Of a DNA stretch of 64,000 nucleotides, positions 10,546 to 24,001 are shown in pieces. How positions within the stretch are numbered: the stretch's first letter is position 1; the number at the start of each line of letters is the position of its first letter. This stretch comes from Leidyana gryllorum EB-2025a (taxonomy: Eukaryota; Protista; Apicomplexa). The notes under the pieces are model-generated. The model did no database searches. It was not told where the DNA came from and saw nothing but the letters and a program-made list of their open reading frames with translations. Position numbers and translations under genes: made by a program. The stretch covers positions 124,001 through 188,000 of the forward strand of contig JBLWGC010000047.1 of NCBI GenBank assembly GCA_048772705.1. The letters are read 5' to 3'.

Positions 10546-11772
10546 ATGTCCATGCTCGAGTTTGTGCGTCGGGCGTTTGGTGAGGGTGGCGCACAGTTGG
10601 AGATCTTAAGTAACCTTCTGGACTGCAAAGAGATTGGTGCTGACACCACCACCGAGGAAAAGTTCCACTTAGCTCTCGCCGAGGTGCTGCGTCTCCGGAC
10701 ACAGCTACAGAACCTCCAACAGCAAGTCAGCCATGTTATTCAGGACCGAGAGCGTATGAACCTTCTCATATGGACCGAGCTTAGCCGTCTCGGGTCCAAG
10801 ATAGAAGGCCACTCGGGCTACGAAACTCCCATGTAAGTGTATTTACCCGTCAACTTGTGCTACTCGACCACACAATGCTGCCTCCCCCGTCCCGCTGCCA
10901 CCACAACCCCCACTCATAATCAAACTACCCTCCATCAGACGCACGGCTTTGATGGAGGATGGCGCTACCAAAGGAGACCCTATATTAAGAGCCATTCTCG
11001 GCGCCTCTGGTCTGCCCACATCCTCCACCGATACACCGCGGGAGCATTCACCCATGGGTGGATTACAACAGGCTCAACCAGACAGTCTGGTCTCATCGTC
11101 CAGCAGCTTACCGCCTTTGCGGTCCGCCAAGCGCGTAAGCCCTCTACCCCTCCCTCGTGAAAACAAAGTCCACACCTGCCACAGCATCGGTCACAGCTGG
11201 AAGATGGTGGAGCTTCCCCACGTCACAGCGAAGAGGAATGGGATCCCAACAGTCGCGGAAGGTCATCCGATACCCCCTCGGAGCAAAAGTTCCTGATCGA
11301 CTCGTGGATGAGTAAACAACGTAATGCTTTCCTCAAAGCAGGTGGGGTCGGAGAACCGTGGACGCTCAACGGAGCCTGGCACTGCTATGTGTGCAATAGC
11401 GAGTCCAAAGATCCACCCGGCGACCACTTTTGTGTCGGCAAATACGATCCAACCCAGCGTGACGGCCTCAAGGTCTTTTGTCAGTATTGCCGCAAAGGCA
11501 CCGGGCGAATGCCTGATCTGCGTGTACACTTTAAGAAAATTGTATACTGCCGAGTTCTTCGAGAGGAACTCAAACGCACGATCATGGCCGCCCCCACGCC
11601 TCAGCAACAAAATGTGGTACCGCCTACATCTCCGTCGTCGTCAAGCTCCAGTCACAAGTCATTCGCCGGAAACAGCCCCAAGTCAGGCCCTCACATGTCC
11701 GAGGACGAAGAGGATCTATTGGGTGACCCCGCAATGCACCTTAAAACCGATGAAGAACCGCGAATTGACTAA
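10546..11772 (+). CDS. Hypothetical protein with N-terminal coiled coil and C-terminal Cys/His zinc-finger-like region, 3 exons
   Basis: Exons at ~10546-10832, ~10939-11134 and ~11185-11772 are joined by GT-AG introns. Motifs CYVC..H.C and CQYC-x12-H-x6-C. Confidence 0.65.
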
Positions 11773-11883
11773 TTATCAACAATGACATTATCTCCCAAGA
11801 TCCTATATGGTCCGTAGCCGCTCTGGTGTCCTGGGAGACATAGAAAGAAACACACACATCGAGCACACACGCGTTTGTATGGT

Positions 11884-13384
11884 ATGCTGGCCCAATGTCT
11901 GATATGGTCTGCGTCAATTACTCTCGGAACTGCATGGTTATCCCCTTTCGTACGTACATCAGAGACCTCTCCCATCATTCGTGTCACACTGGAACCTCCT
12001 GAAACCCCCTATCCACAAGTTGCTGAACTTCGAACACAGCTCGAGAAGGATCGGCTGGCGTAAGGCTTTTCAAAACACTATCTATCAAGTGACTCTGCAG
12101 ACTGGAGGTCAAGTACTTCGAGACTCTCGAGAAAGCATTCGATAAGCAGCTCACAGCGAGCCGTACCCAGGTCCAGAAGGTCATCACTAATGCTCTCAAG
12201 GTCCTGGAGGACAAATCAACACTCGAGCTGGTGGCCAAAGGATCTCTTGCCAAAAAGCCTGCCAAGCCTCTGAGCTTCCTCCAAGTGTCTGGCCTGACCG
12301 ACACCATCAAGCAGAGGTTGTCGAACGTCAATGTCCCGTCTGTGAATGTGGAGCTCGTGGACCTGTGGCCTCCGGACCCGAAAATCGAAGCTAAGATGGT
12401 GAGTGAGCTCATGATGGACCGTGCCTCTCAACATCTGCCTGAACAGCGACAAATTGAACAGAAACGGAACAGCAAGGAGAAACAGGTACGTTTTGCATTC
12501 CCTGCCTTCACATACTGTTGATTCTAAAGATGTTCGACACAGCTACCAAAACCTTCCAGAACATCACGACGATCTTTGTCGAAGAAACCAAGAAGAACCT
12601 GCAGATCCAACTCAACGCTTTCATGGTGGATGCCAAAGCTGTTGGCAATGCGGTCTCCAAGCTAGGCACTTCAGCTAGATTCCAGCAGGTCCTCGCGGAC
12701 GTTGATGCCACCCCCATGGGCAATGTGAGACAATTTCGTCCCGACCTTGTCCAAAACATAGAACTGCATGGAGATTACTCCGCAGCTAGCTTAGAACCCA
12801 TGTTCCCAGTATGTCGACATCAGCAAATCGTATACTGCTTCACTTTCTCCACACTAGATCAGTCAAATGACCCAGATTATTTCCCCCTCTCCCACGGGAG
12901 ATCTCAACTGGGATGCCGATGGCCCCATTCTCATCAGGGACACCGACGATAACGAGGGAATCGGGGCGGACGCAGACCAGGCTGGCCCCGCTCCCCCGCT
13001 CTCTTTCCTACAAGTTGGTAACGTTGTGGATGGTCTTGGAGCCAATCAACTGAATGTTGCTGTGGGTGCCAGCGACAAAGGGTGAGTCCTGCGCTTCATA
13101 CGTCACCATCGAACCGGCCATGCCCATTGCAGTTACCCAACCGTAACCGATATCATCGACGAAATGCAGAAGAAGCGCGATGCCACAGAGCGACTTGAAC
13201 GAGCCAAATTCCTTCAAATGTACGAGCATCTGTGAGTCAATTGTAGCCCGCTTGTCCGTCACTCATCTTGGCTTTAAACAGGATGCGCGCTCAGATCGAG
13301 ATCCTGAAGGACCAACTGCACTACGAGATGGCCCGGGTTATCAGCTTATTGGGCAGCACGGCCAGCGCATTGAAGACTGCTTAG
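11884..13384 (+). CDS. Secreted protein similar to the apicomplexan blood-stage antigen 41-3 family, multi-exon
   Basis: Signal peptide. IIRVTLEPPETPYPQVAELRTQLEKDR; two LSFLQ motifs; VNVELVDLWPPDPKIEAKM; YPTVTDIIDEMQKKRDATERLERAKFL. Family assignment is from recall of the family, not a search. Confidence 0.7.
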
Positions 13385-13401
13385 CCGATTATCAGTGTAT
13401 T

Positions 13402-16400
13402 CTAAATCAGCAGCTCGTCTTCCTCCTCTTCCTCTTCTGCGGCTTGTGCTTCACCTCGCTCTTTCTTTTGAGCGAACTGCTTGTCATACATTTCCACGAT
13501 TTGACTGCTCTCAGTTGCCTGAGTTGGTTTCTTGTCCTCCCGGATCCGGAGGAATCGGGGAAACCTTAACCCGATACCCTGAGAGAAGAGTAGATCGAGA
13601 CAAGTGAAGCACCATCGGCTCATGTTACCTTCTCGCTGCTCCGAACACACCATCCCGCTGTGTGAACCGGAGAGATAGACAGATCGGCTGCTTTGCACTC
13701 CCACACTTGCGAGGCATCCAACCAAACTTCAGGATACATGCGGTCTGACACGTGATAGTCCTCGCGCTTATGCTCCAAAGTCCGTTCCTTGAAATAGGCA
13801 AAGTGGGTCGCCAAGTCGTCGTCAGTGAATCCAGTGGCCACTTTGCACACAGTGCGGAAGACCTCGTCGTCTGGATCGTATACAGCTGAGTCAGCGGCAG
13901 GTATATGAGGGGAAGGAGTGACTGCTGATGGCTCACCAAGGAGATAAGTACCATAAGCTCCACTCCGACGACCACGGCCCCAAAAGGCACCGATTGGTAC
14001 CAAATCGACTGAGTCCCCTAAGTCCTATGATAAAAGACAGAAGAATCATCTCACAAATCCGGAAATTGGCAGCGCTCACATCCAGATAGTCTTTCTTGAG
14101 CTTCAACCAGTTCACTGATCTCTTTGAAGGCTCATAAAAGGACTTTTCCCCTTCAAGAACTTTGACCATCAGCCCTTCGGTACGATCTGACACAAGCCAA
14201 GATTGAATAATGCATTCTACTGGGTGCTGACTCACTGTCAATGGCGTCCTGAAGTAGCGCTTCGAGCTCTGTTGTGTCTTTGACAGTTCCCCCTCGAGCA
14301 AAGTGAAGTTTTTCCGGTACTTCATGTACAGCGACACGAAGTTGATCCCGGCGGTGGGCAAGAGACGTGCTCACCAGACACTCTCCATTACACCGGAGGC
14401 AGTCGAAAACGAAGAGGCAGACATGTAGATCGAGTGTCTGAGTGACGAGTGATGGACGTGTGGGTTTTGAGCGTACCTTAACGTCGACGTCTTTGCGTTT
14501 GCGTCCACTTAGTGTCTGGAAGGGCAGGATCTCTTTAGTTTCACGATTGAAAGCAACAACTTCGGCATCAATGATGAAATCTGTGCACTCTGGATTGATG
14601 GCTTCCACGGCGACTTCTTTGACATCCGGATACTTGACATCCAATACTTCCATATTTCGAGAGAAGAGACTGAAGAACGTTTGTTGTGAGATAACGATGG
14701 GACGTTATAAGAACTCACTGCACAGATCCATCCTCGAGTTTGTGTATCTGTATCCTTTCTCCGTCGTATTTGAACTCAGCAAGGAACTTTTGGCCGCTCA
14801 TAGCATCGAGTACATCAGTGAGGCCTTTAGTAGGTTTGGCAAGCATCGGGGAGACGGGAATGCCCGGACATATGGTACAGTCTTTGCGAAGGGACTCTGG
14901 GTCAGCGCCACATAAGAGGTGGTACACCACGTAAGCGAGATTTGGCACTTGAGAGAATGCAGTTCGCACCGCAAGTTCCATATCGACTAGGAGGTCGAGG
15001 AGGGGTTTCTTTGAGTGGAAATGGTAGTTGGGCGGGAGTTAGTGATCATAGCTTACTCCAGACACCTTGTCAGCCCCGTGGCGAGCGTCAGCGATGGTTT
15101 TGGTGTCCTTGAAGAAGTCCAGAAAATCATTAGAGACTTCAGAAGCGAGGAGAGACGATTTGATGGCGGCGGGAGGGGTTCGGACTTGCGACTTATCAAC
15201 TGGCGTGAGAACAAAGGCAGTGGCTAGAGCAATGAGCACTGCAGCAGATTTGACTCCAATCCGAAGATTCTTTTCGAGGAATCTGACGATGTATTTGGGT
15301 TCCTGTTGCACAGCGGCAACGAGGAGCTTCTTGATCTAATGGATGAAGTTGGATGGGGAGATGGAGGGCGAGGTTACTGACTTACTCGATCGCGTTTCCG
15401 AACCTGAGCATTGTTGCCTTTGGCCTCTGCAATGGCCCGAAGGTCGTTGAAGGTGCCTCGGAGCGTTAGTCTGGCGGGCTGGATGAGAGTTTTGGTTGCC
15501 AGTTTGGAGGCCTGGGCAATACTGCCGAGGTCACCAGTGTTCTGCAGCTCTGAGGGGATTGGTGTTTGGTTGGGAGCAGTTTTGCGGCCAACACTCACCG
15601 GTCCGCACACTGCTCTCCTTGCGACCGTAGGTCTCTGAGATTGTTTTGATGAGGAGCGCCTCGCCAATGCCGATCTCAATACCAAAGTACTCCGGAGCCA
15701 ATCTGAGGGCGGGTAGCGTGAAGGAGGTGGCGGGCGAGTGCTCTCACTTGTGTATGCTGAGGAAGACAGCGTAGATGAGCTCGTGAGGGCAGTGATAGAG
15801 TACGAGTCGGTAGAAGTTGGTTAGGAATAGGATGGCTTTCTTCTTTGAGCCCGCTCCAGAGTGTTTAACGTCTTCAATCTTTTGCCATATCTCCGTGAGT
15901 GGCTGGAAACTGAGGGTTGGGGGGGGTCGAGTGAGTAATTGAGGTGTCGCTCACAGCATCATATCGGTCTTATATATGCGTTCTTTGCCTTTGGTGGTGT
16001 AGAATGCCCATTTGTCTGGCGGCATCAGCGCGGGATTGAAGTGATCACTTTCTATATCACTGGACCCCGGCCCTGTGAGAGGCTTGACCAGTTCCTTTTC
16101 CACATCTGAGAGGATTGGAGTGGGAGGCGGGATGAGGTCGAGGCTTACCCAAAGCTTCTTTTCCGGTGACAGAGTTGTCTTCGGCAATAGTGTCATCAGC
16201 GGCCTTTGTGGGAGCGACAGTGCTGTCTATTTCGACGTTGGGTGAGTCATCGGGTGGTGCCTCGATGGTGGTGTCGGGCTTTTCTTGTTTGACATTTGGT
16301 TCGAGCTTCGGCTCGGACTTGGATGCGAATAGTTTAGTCTGATTCTTGGGGCTCGGATCGGCAGTGTTGGAGGTGCTGGGTTCTGGGTGGGGTGAATTTG

Positions 16401-16562
16401 CGGTCAGAGTAACGTACTGGAGCCGAATAGAGTGGTTTGCAGTCTTTGTTTCTTGGCTGGGGGTTGCTGCTGTTTAGGAGCAGTGTGTGGGTCCATCATG
16501 GTATTCTCCTGATCGCTGTCGTCGTCTTGGATGATACGCTTCTTCTTTGTTGCTGGAGGCAT
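13402..16562 (-). CDS. LIG1: ATP-dependent DNA ligase I, multi-exon
   Basis: [19 protein letters not shown] (adenylation Lys), [37 protein letters not shown]-terminal NLS and PIP-like [10 protein letters not shown]. Confidence 0.95.
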
Positions 16563-16580
16563 TGGTGTGTTTGAAATGTT

Positions 16581-17678
16581 TCATTTTTGTTGTACGAGTT
16601 GGGTGTATACATTGAGGGAAGCGTGGCGCACAGCTAAGCCCGCCTCTAAGACTGCTGGTGAGGGTCCCCTATCGGTGTACTGGTGTACAAGGAGATCCCT
16701 GCTACGATAGGTCCCAAAGAGGTACTCAGTTAGACATTTGACTCGCACTGGAATAAAGGATTTGACAGCCTTGTTGCGGATTTGGCGGCAGTTACAGTCA
16801 ATGGCGGTGTGTTGCCAGCCTATGTGATCAGTTTCAAAGTGCTGCTGCCCCCAACGGCTGCGGTCAAGAAACTCGACAACTTGAAAGGGGAAGAGTCGAG
16901 CGTCCACACTCGTCAGAATCGACACAATGTGGCGTTCCTGATCCCACGTAGTCATCAAATGCTCTGGCGGGTTCCAGTATGCCGCCTCGATACACGTCTG
17001 TATCAGAAGGACTTCGTTCAGCTGCAGCACGCGGGATTGTGGCCGGCCCAAGTTTGCAATGCTCCCTTACCTCTTTGGCGACCCGGTCGGGGAGGAGTCT
17101 GAGCATATAGACAAACTTAATCTCTCTATCGTCTCTTCGACGGCCGAATATGTGGACTCCGGCTCCCCAAACGGGTACAAAGGTCTTCTCGACCCGGTTT
17201 GAGTGTCGATGACAGATACTGAATCCAACGGTCTTTATCCACCCGTCAGAGTCTTCGATCACTGAGGCCACAAGATCTCTGGTCCTCGCCTCCACATTGG
17301 GTTCCAATTCGTCCCCGTCAGCCGAAGGCTCCAATGACAATTTGTTTCGATAGGGACAATCTATAGTGGGATCATTGTATTTGGTGTAGACGAACGAGCG
17401 GTTCTGTAATATGAGTTGAGTAGTCTGCTCGATCAGATGGTGTTGGTTCTCCACCTCCCACAACAGAGTGTCCTGATAGTCTCGATTAAAGTACCTAAAC
17501 AGTGAGTGAGTGGGAGTCGAGGTCGAAGTCGAAGACGAAGACGAAGAATGTACCTGACATGAAGTGCGGCGTTTTGGAGATACTCGTGCAGTTTCGCGTT
17601 CAGCTCTGCCAGGGGAGATGGAATATTGACCAAATTGATGGGCTCAGGAACAGAGGATATGATGGTGGGCTTCGTCAT
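16581..17678 (-). CDS. Hypothetical protein, multi-exon
   Basis: Three successive minus-strand ORFs (17433-17678, 16864-17463, 16581-17051) separated by plausible short GT-AG introns. No recognisable motif. Confidence 0.55.
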
Positions 17679-17692
17679 GCTTTTTTGTGCTC

Positions 17693-20296
17693 ATGGATGA
17701 TGATGACCTTCTCTTGACCGGCGGCGGAGATACATCAGGCAGCGAAGATGGCCTCAATGACGACCTTTGGCACTCCCGCAGGCTCAAACGAAAACGGCTC
17801 GAGTACCAGGGATCCTCCTCAGAAGCCAGCGATTCCTCTTCTGCCAACTCTCTGTCAGACAACGAGAAGAAACGACCCGTATCACCCCCCGCCCGCCGCA
17901 AACCGGCTCGCCCCAAGAAGGAGAAGGCGCGCTTCTTCAAACGCAATGTCAATGTGGAGGCACCGGCTTTCGTCAAAGCTGCCCCCACCGTCACCGTCAC
18001 TGTCACTCCCGCCCCCGGTGCCGCCACCAACGCCGCACAAAGCCTCGTCGAGGGATTCAGCAGCGATAGCAGCAGCAGTGGAGACGACGACGACGCCAAT
18101 GACGCCGCGCCCCGTCTAACCGCCAAAGAAATCTTCGCCGCACAGGCAGCCGCCAGAGCCGCAAAGGATAAAGACGAATCCGCTCAGCAGCCACCCAACA
18201 AGACCGCGCAGAAAATGGAGAGACAGTATGGCCTCGGCTTCAAGATGATGGAAAAGATGGGCTACACCGGTGGAGGACTCGGAACCGAAGGACAGGGACG
18301 AGTCGCACCAGTCCAAGTCCATATCCGCGAGAACCGAAGAGGTCTCCAAGAAGGAGAGGAACGCCACGCCGGCCTGGGAGGCCTCATGAGCGGCAGTATC
18401 CTCTCCTCCAGTGCCCTCTCCGGCGACGGAGACGAGGAGAGCGACGACGAACTCGAAACTGGATCTAAAACTGCTCCAGAAGCTTCAGGGCTCGTCTCTG
18501 AAGCGCCCAACAGGCGTGCGGCTGCCAAAGGGAGCCAACCCCCCGCACCGAAACGTAACTTCTTCCGCAAATCTAACAACAGAGGCGATGCACCCACCAC
18601 CCATACCCAAGAACTCAAGAAACTACAACTCGATGCCATGCGCTTAGTCGACATGAGAGGGGCTGAGCCGGTCATCCACGAGGCTGGACATCTCGAAATT
18701 GGCCGTGTTTGGGGCGACGGAGCTCAACCAACCGCAAACCCCGAACCCACTTCCCCACCGCCGAACCCGTGGCTACAGAGAAATCATAATATCCCCAAAC
18801 AACCTGAAGATGCGGCTCAGCTTGCACGCTTGGAGACCGTCCAGGGCATCATTCAACGGTGTTTAGATAAGCTTCACCGTAAATCTGCATCGTTCAATGA
18901 ACGACAAGCCAAGTTGGTTCAAAAGTATTGTGCAGCCCCCAAACCGTCAGAAGAATCCACTCCATTAATCACTGATCACTCCTCAGGCCAATACTGGGAC
19001 GATGCCGAAGAGTCCTCTTACCAGTTTGGCCTCACCAAGCCAACCCCCCTTGCTCTGTCCACACCCTCCGGAAAGGACAATGCCGAGTCAGAGGATGCCG
19101 CCGCGCCTGACGAATTGACCTTCGATGAACTCACTCGCGAGTTCAAGAAGATCCGTAAAGATTATGACGATGAGCTCGAAATGCTAGAGTTAAAAAAGAC
19201 AGTTGGATCGTCTCTCCTCGAACCAGTTCTGCTAGAGGCCGCCAAAGCTTGGGATATATCTGCTCAGCCTGATGGTCCCGTGAAGAAACCCGATCTCTTG
19301 TTCTGGCGATCTCTGTTGCGAGATTCCTCGGGGGTGAGCGACGCTCAAAGCGTACTCTTCTTTCATGTCCATTTGCTTCTTGCAGACCGACAGACTGGGA
19401 CGTGTGCTAGTCACCGCAGTGGTTCAACCAGTCTTAGAGCCATGGTTCCGAGCTGAATGGAGACCACAAGAAGATCACGAAGCTGGCGTTGCCGTGTGTT
19501 TGAGATGGCTGAGACCTTGGACGTCGCGCGAAACAATGGAGGAACTGATCCGAGATGTGGTCATTCCTCGCTTGGAATACGCTTGCGATGAGTGGGATCC
19601 GGCCAGTAGCGCCGAGCCGCCGCACTTGTGGCTCCTTCCGTGGCTCGAGACATATCCCAAGGATCGAGGTAAGCGACAAAAACAGCTGTGGACACACGTG
19701 TGTGGTGTGTGCAGTATGGCAACGGGCCTGGAGTACTGTAGCCAAGAAGTGCATTTCTGCGCTTCACCATTGGGACCCAACGGATCGATCGGCTGCGGGC
19801 GTGCTGCTTACTTGGAAGGTCCCGTGGCAGGGATCACACTGGACTAAGGTCAAGTCGACTGTGCTAGATCAAGTCCGTGTTTGGTTAGGGCGAGTGAATG
19901 TAAGTGTTTCTGGGTCTATATCGGTTGGATCACTTGTGCTTCTCTACTCAGGACGAATTGACACCCGCAGTTCCCCAGATCATTGACCAGTTGTTCAAGG
20001 ATTGGGAGGGAGAATTGTCGGAGACTGTCTTGACAGAGGCGGTGCTGAGCTTTTATTGCCCTCGTGTGCTGTCGAGACTGAAGGGGAGAGAGACGCAGAG
20101 CGGGGAGGAGTTGGATGCAGAAACTGCACTTGCGGCATACAGCAAATGGAAAGAATTAAGCCGCACCACATTCACTGATCCACGACTCCGGTCTGAGTTT
20201 CTACAACCATTACTGCGTGCTCTGCGAGCCCCGCTGGAGTCTGCGAGGGCGGTAGCTGTACCACCCGGCGAAAAACCACCCCCAGAACCACAGTGA
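17693..20296 (+). CDS. TFIP11: G-patch spliceosome-disassembly factor TFIP11/Spp382(Ntr1)-like
   Basis: G-patch GLGFKMMEKMGYTGGGLGTEGQGRVAPV. GCFC-like region VIPRLEYACDEWDP..PPHLWLLPWL and HHWDPTDRSA..LLTWK. Confidence 0.85.
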
Positions 20297-20706
20297 CACA
20301 ACAATAAATGTCCTCCTACTCACGCGCCACACCGTTATACGCACTCATTTAGCTATACTCAACATATATACACACACACACAATATCACAGACATTCTAC
20401 GGCCTTCTCGGGCGGTGACGGGTTCGAAACAGTCACAGAGGGCCGCTTGATTCATACGGCGAGCATTATTGATTACTAAAAGTGTTGTGTATTGATTTGC
20501 ACAGGGGTGTGTTGAGTGGAAGAGTTGAGGATCTGGAAAGATTGTAGCATAAAAGTTGCGTCGAGACGGGTGTCCCAAAAAGATGCGGGTCCAAAAATTC
20601 ACTTTAGGAGAGCCCAAGGTGGCGCAATGCCTGGTTTCAGGATTGAGAGAGAGTCTCCATTGCGTTTTACTATGGTTATGTGCTCAGTTCAACTAGCTGA
20701 AGCAGT

Positions 20707-23249
20707 ATGGACGTGACTGACGCCTTCAACGAGTTCCCGGCGAGTTTGGCGGAGTTGCCGCTGGACGTGGCGAAAAAGACCCTGGAGAAGACGGAGAAAG
20801 CGCACACGTGCTGCAGCGAGGGGCGAAATTGTTTATTCTACGCGGTTCTTCGTCCTGATGAGGACGAAGCGTGCGAGCTGTCCCGACTGATCCTTGAAGA
20901 GGAGATAGTGCCACGAGACCATGTCGACCTGTACGGACAAACCGCATTATTCTACGCAGGACGCGAGGGGCATCTGCGCTGCGTGGAGATGTTGGTGCAG
21001 GAGTTCTTTTTTGACGTCTCCCACGTGGATCACAACAAGCAGACTGTCTTGTTCTATGCTGCAAGAGACGGCCGGACTGAGACGCTGCAGTTCCTGGTTG
21101 AACATGGTGCCGACATCAACCATATTGACACGAATGGAGACACCCCCATCTTTTATGCTGCGCGTGACGGGCGCGCCGAGACGGTGCATAAGATGGTTGA
21201 GTTGGGAGCGGACTGCAGTATCCGGAACAAGAAGAAGGCATATGCGTCGACCATCGCTCGGAAACACGGGTACAAAGAGTTGGCCGCGGACTTGGACGCG
21301 CGTCGGAAGTCTCAACAACAACAGACTGTTGCTGCAACGAAGCTCAGTGAGACTGAAACTCCGACTTCAGCTCGAGGCGGTCGAAGACGTCGTCCTGCAA
21401 CCCGCGCTGCTGCAGCTCGACAGAAGCGTCCTCCCCCGCGTGAAGCTGAGAGTCCCGCTCCCAAACGTCGGCTGCGACGACGGACTTCGTACACAGCGGT
21501 TTCTGATAGTGTCAGTGAAGTTGAAGCCGAATCTGCTTCTCCGATAGCCCTTGCGGCTGCCACGGCCAGCGAGCCTCGCCCCTTTCCGCCATCCACTCAA
21601 CCGACTCCCCCCGATTCTTCTTCTGTACTCCACCCTGCCACTGCCCCTGCCAGCGCTGCAGCCTCGCCGATTGCTCCTTCTAACTCGACCCCAACTACAA
21701 CAACTGCTGCCTCTACGCCTTCAAGTTCCACTGCAACTGGATCTGCTGCTGGTGGGTCTGCAACTGCTTCCACCACGAGCACAACCGGAAACGCCTCTCC
21801 TCACCATAATAGCACTCCTCCTACCGCCTCTACACATTATAATAAATCCACAGCTGAGTCTTCCTCTCCGGCTCCCCAATTGATATCTCCGACTTCCGCT
21901 GCTGCTAATATTCCTGATCCCCCGGCCAGTGCAGCCACACCTCCTCCCAACAACCCCGCAGTGCTGCCCGAGCCGCCCCGGATTTCCTATACACTGCAAT
22001 TCCTCGGTCCTGATCGCTTATGGACCTTCGCTACACCCGCAAAGGTGCGCGAGTTTGAAGCTCTCTTCCCACAATTCGCTGTGTGGCCGCGGTCACAGCA
22101 GCTGCCTGAAATTGGGCTCGACGAAGACCCGTTCAGAGCAAAATGGCACCAACTCGCTCTACAGTAAGCGGCTGATTGTTGCAAATCCTCCTCACTTTTC
22201 CGCCAGATTGGTCAATTGTATGCTCGATGGTAGTGTGGAAGGCGCTTGGCTGTTTGCTCAGCCTGTGGACCCGAAAGAGTGGGACATTAAAGACTACTTT
22301 AGGGTGGTTAAGAAGCCTATGGATTTTTCCACGATTCGGAACTTTCTGTTAAAGGAGACACACTATCCCACGATATCAAGTTTTTGGGACGACGTGCAGT
22401 TGGTGTTCTACAACTGCATTCTATATAACTCTGCCGCGTCTAACGTTGGCGAAGTATGTTTGAAGGTACAAAAGGCCTGCGCCGATTGCGCCGACGAAAT
22501 TGGGGTCACCAAAATACTCGAAGAGGTGAGTGCGATTTTGACTGCCACTCTGATGATCTCCTTCAAAATAGGAACGCTTGCGAGAAACTGCTGCCCGAAC
22601 TGCCGCCGATGCAATCCTGGGACCTGAACCAACGCCTCCGTCTCCTCCCGCCACTACCACCACTGCTACTGTGGAGGACGAAGCTCCCAGTACGGCTGCC
22701 CCGTCGACGCCATCTCCGCCCCCTCCCGAGGCGTCACCGTCACCTGCCGCCTCTCCCTCGCCTGCTGCTGCGTCTCCTGTCATGAATGAGCAGCACGTTG
22801 TCAACGCAGCCACTCCTCCTTTATTTCCGAGTGATCTCGAGGTGGTGGCTGATAAGTGTGCTGTGGATAATAGTGGAGTGGCTGAGACTCCTGCTGCTGC
22901 TGCTGCTGCTGCCGTTCACACAGAGGACCCACTGCCCCCGGGCGAGAGTCGCTTTGCTGCCACAGTCCCGCCTAACACTGGTATGGACACGGACGCAGTA
23001 GCAGCAGCGTCGTCTGCTGCTCTGGGCGTGGCGGCTATGGAGGAAGGTGAGGTGTTGAACGAGAAGGAGGAGATGGGAGACGAGGTTGAGGCCCCTGCAA
23101 TCTCGGCTGCCGACGGGGAAGAAGGTGAAATCGAGCCCGGAGAAGAGACAGAGAATATGATGCCAAGTGGTACACTGACGGAAATCCATACCTCTTCAAC
23201 TGTCTGTTCTTCGTCTGCTCATGTTCAATCCTTGGAAACCGATTCTTAG
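20707..23249 (+). CDS. BDP1: Ankyrin-repeat plus bromodomain protein (apicomplexan BDP1-like)
   Basis: Ankyrin repeats GQTALFYA/QTVLFYAARDG/GDTPIFYAARDG. Bromodomain AWLFAQPVDP..DYFRVVKKPMDFSTI..LVFYNCILYN. Confidence 0.88.
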
Positions 23250-23275
23250 TCGCGAAAAAATCAACTTTATTTCAA

Positions 23276-24001
23276 ATGGTCGGTCAGCAGCGAGTGAGAC
23301 TCATACAGAAGCCCGCTACCGTAACACGGATCACCAGTCGCCCTGGAGCTGTGACAAGAGTGTCTCCGACACCTCCTTTGATTACTCGCGTTGACCACGC
23401 TCCAGTTGATCATGTGACGCCGGCCGGCGTGACCAGAGTCACTCACGTGCCGCCTACGGTCCGGGTGACTCAGGTTCCCCCTCAGGTTCGAGTGACCACC
23501 CACGTGGCCGCTCCCACAGTGGTGGCCACCACGCCCTCTACAACAACAACGGTTGTGAACACTGCAACCCCATCTGTGGTGACCCAGTCGTCATCCGGCC
23601 CGACTATGGTGGTGAACACCGGCCCCACGCTCATGACCCCTTCGGTGCCCGCTCCCCATGCCACTATAATCCAAAGTTCGCCCACAACTGTTCACCACAC
23701 ACACGGAAGCCGTCGTCTGCACGTCGTAGGAGGAAGCGCGCCCCCAGTCAGGGTGGTTAGCGACTCCACGCCGGTAGCTGTCGTTCACAATGGGGGTTAT
23801 CACAATAGTTCCTGGCCCTGGCGGCGGAGAAGAGACGTTGTTGTCGTCGATGGAGGCCACAGCACATCGCGTGCCTGGACGTCGTTCTGGGTGGTGGTCG
23901 CAACAGTCCTCATGGGAGTTGGAGTAGCCGCCTATATGGTGCCCACGACGACCACCACAACGAGTTCAGAGGGTCGTGCCGAATACGTTCGTCTGGAATA
24001 A
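23276..24001 (+). CDS. Val/Thr/Pro-rich repeat protein with a C-terminal transmembrane helix
   Basis: 241-aa intronless ORF with VTR[VI]/VRV repeats and TM segment FWVVVATVLMGVGVAAYMV. Confidence 0.7.
   Translation: MVGQQRVRLIQKPATVTRITSRPGAVTRVSPTPPLITRVDHAPVDHVTPAGVTRVTHVPPTVRVTQVPPQVRVTTHVAAPTVVATTPSTTTTVVNTATPSVVTQSSSGPTMVVNTGPTLMTPSVPAPHATIIQSSPTTVHHTHGSRRLHVVGGSAPPVRVVSDSTPVAVVHNGGYHNSSWPWRRRRDVVVVDGGHSTSRAWTSFWVVVATVLMGVGVAAYMVPTTTTTTSSEGRAEYVRLE

Noticed and set aside
5766-16562. Fragmented ORFs suggesting frameshifts, pseudogenes or an alternative genetic code
   Set aside because: The breaks I checked coincide with short GT-AG introns, and splicing restores the motifs under the standard code.
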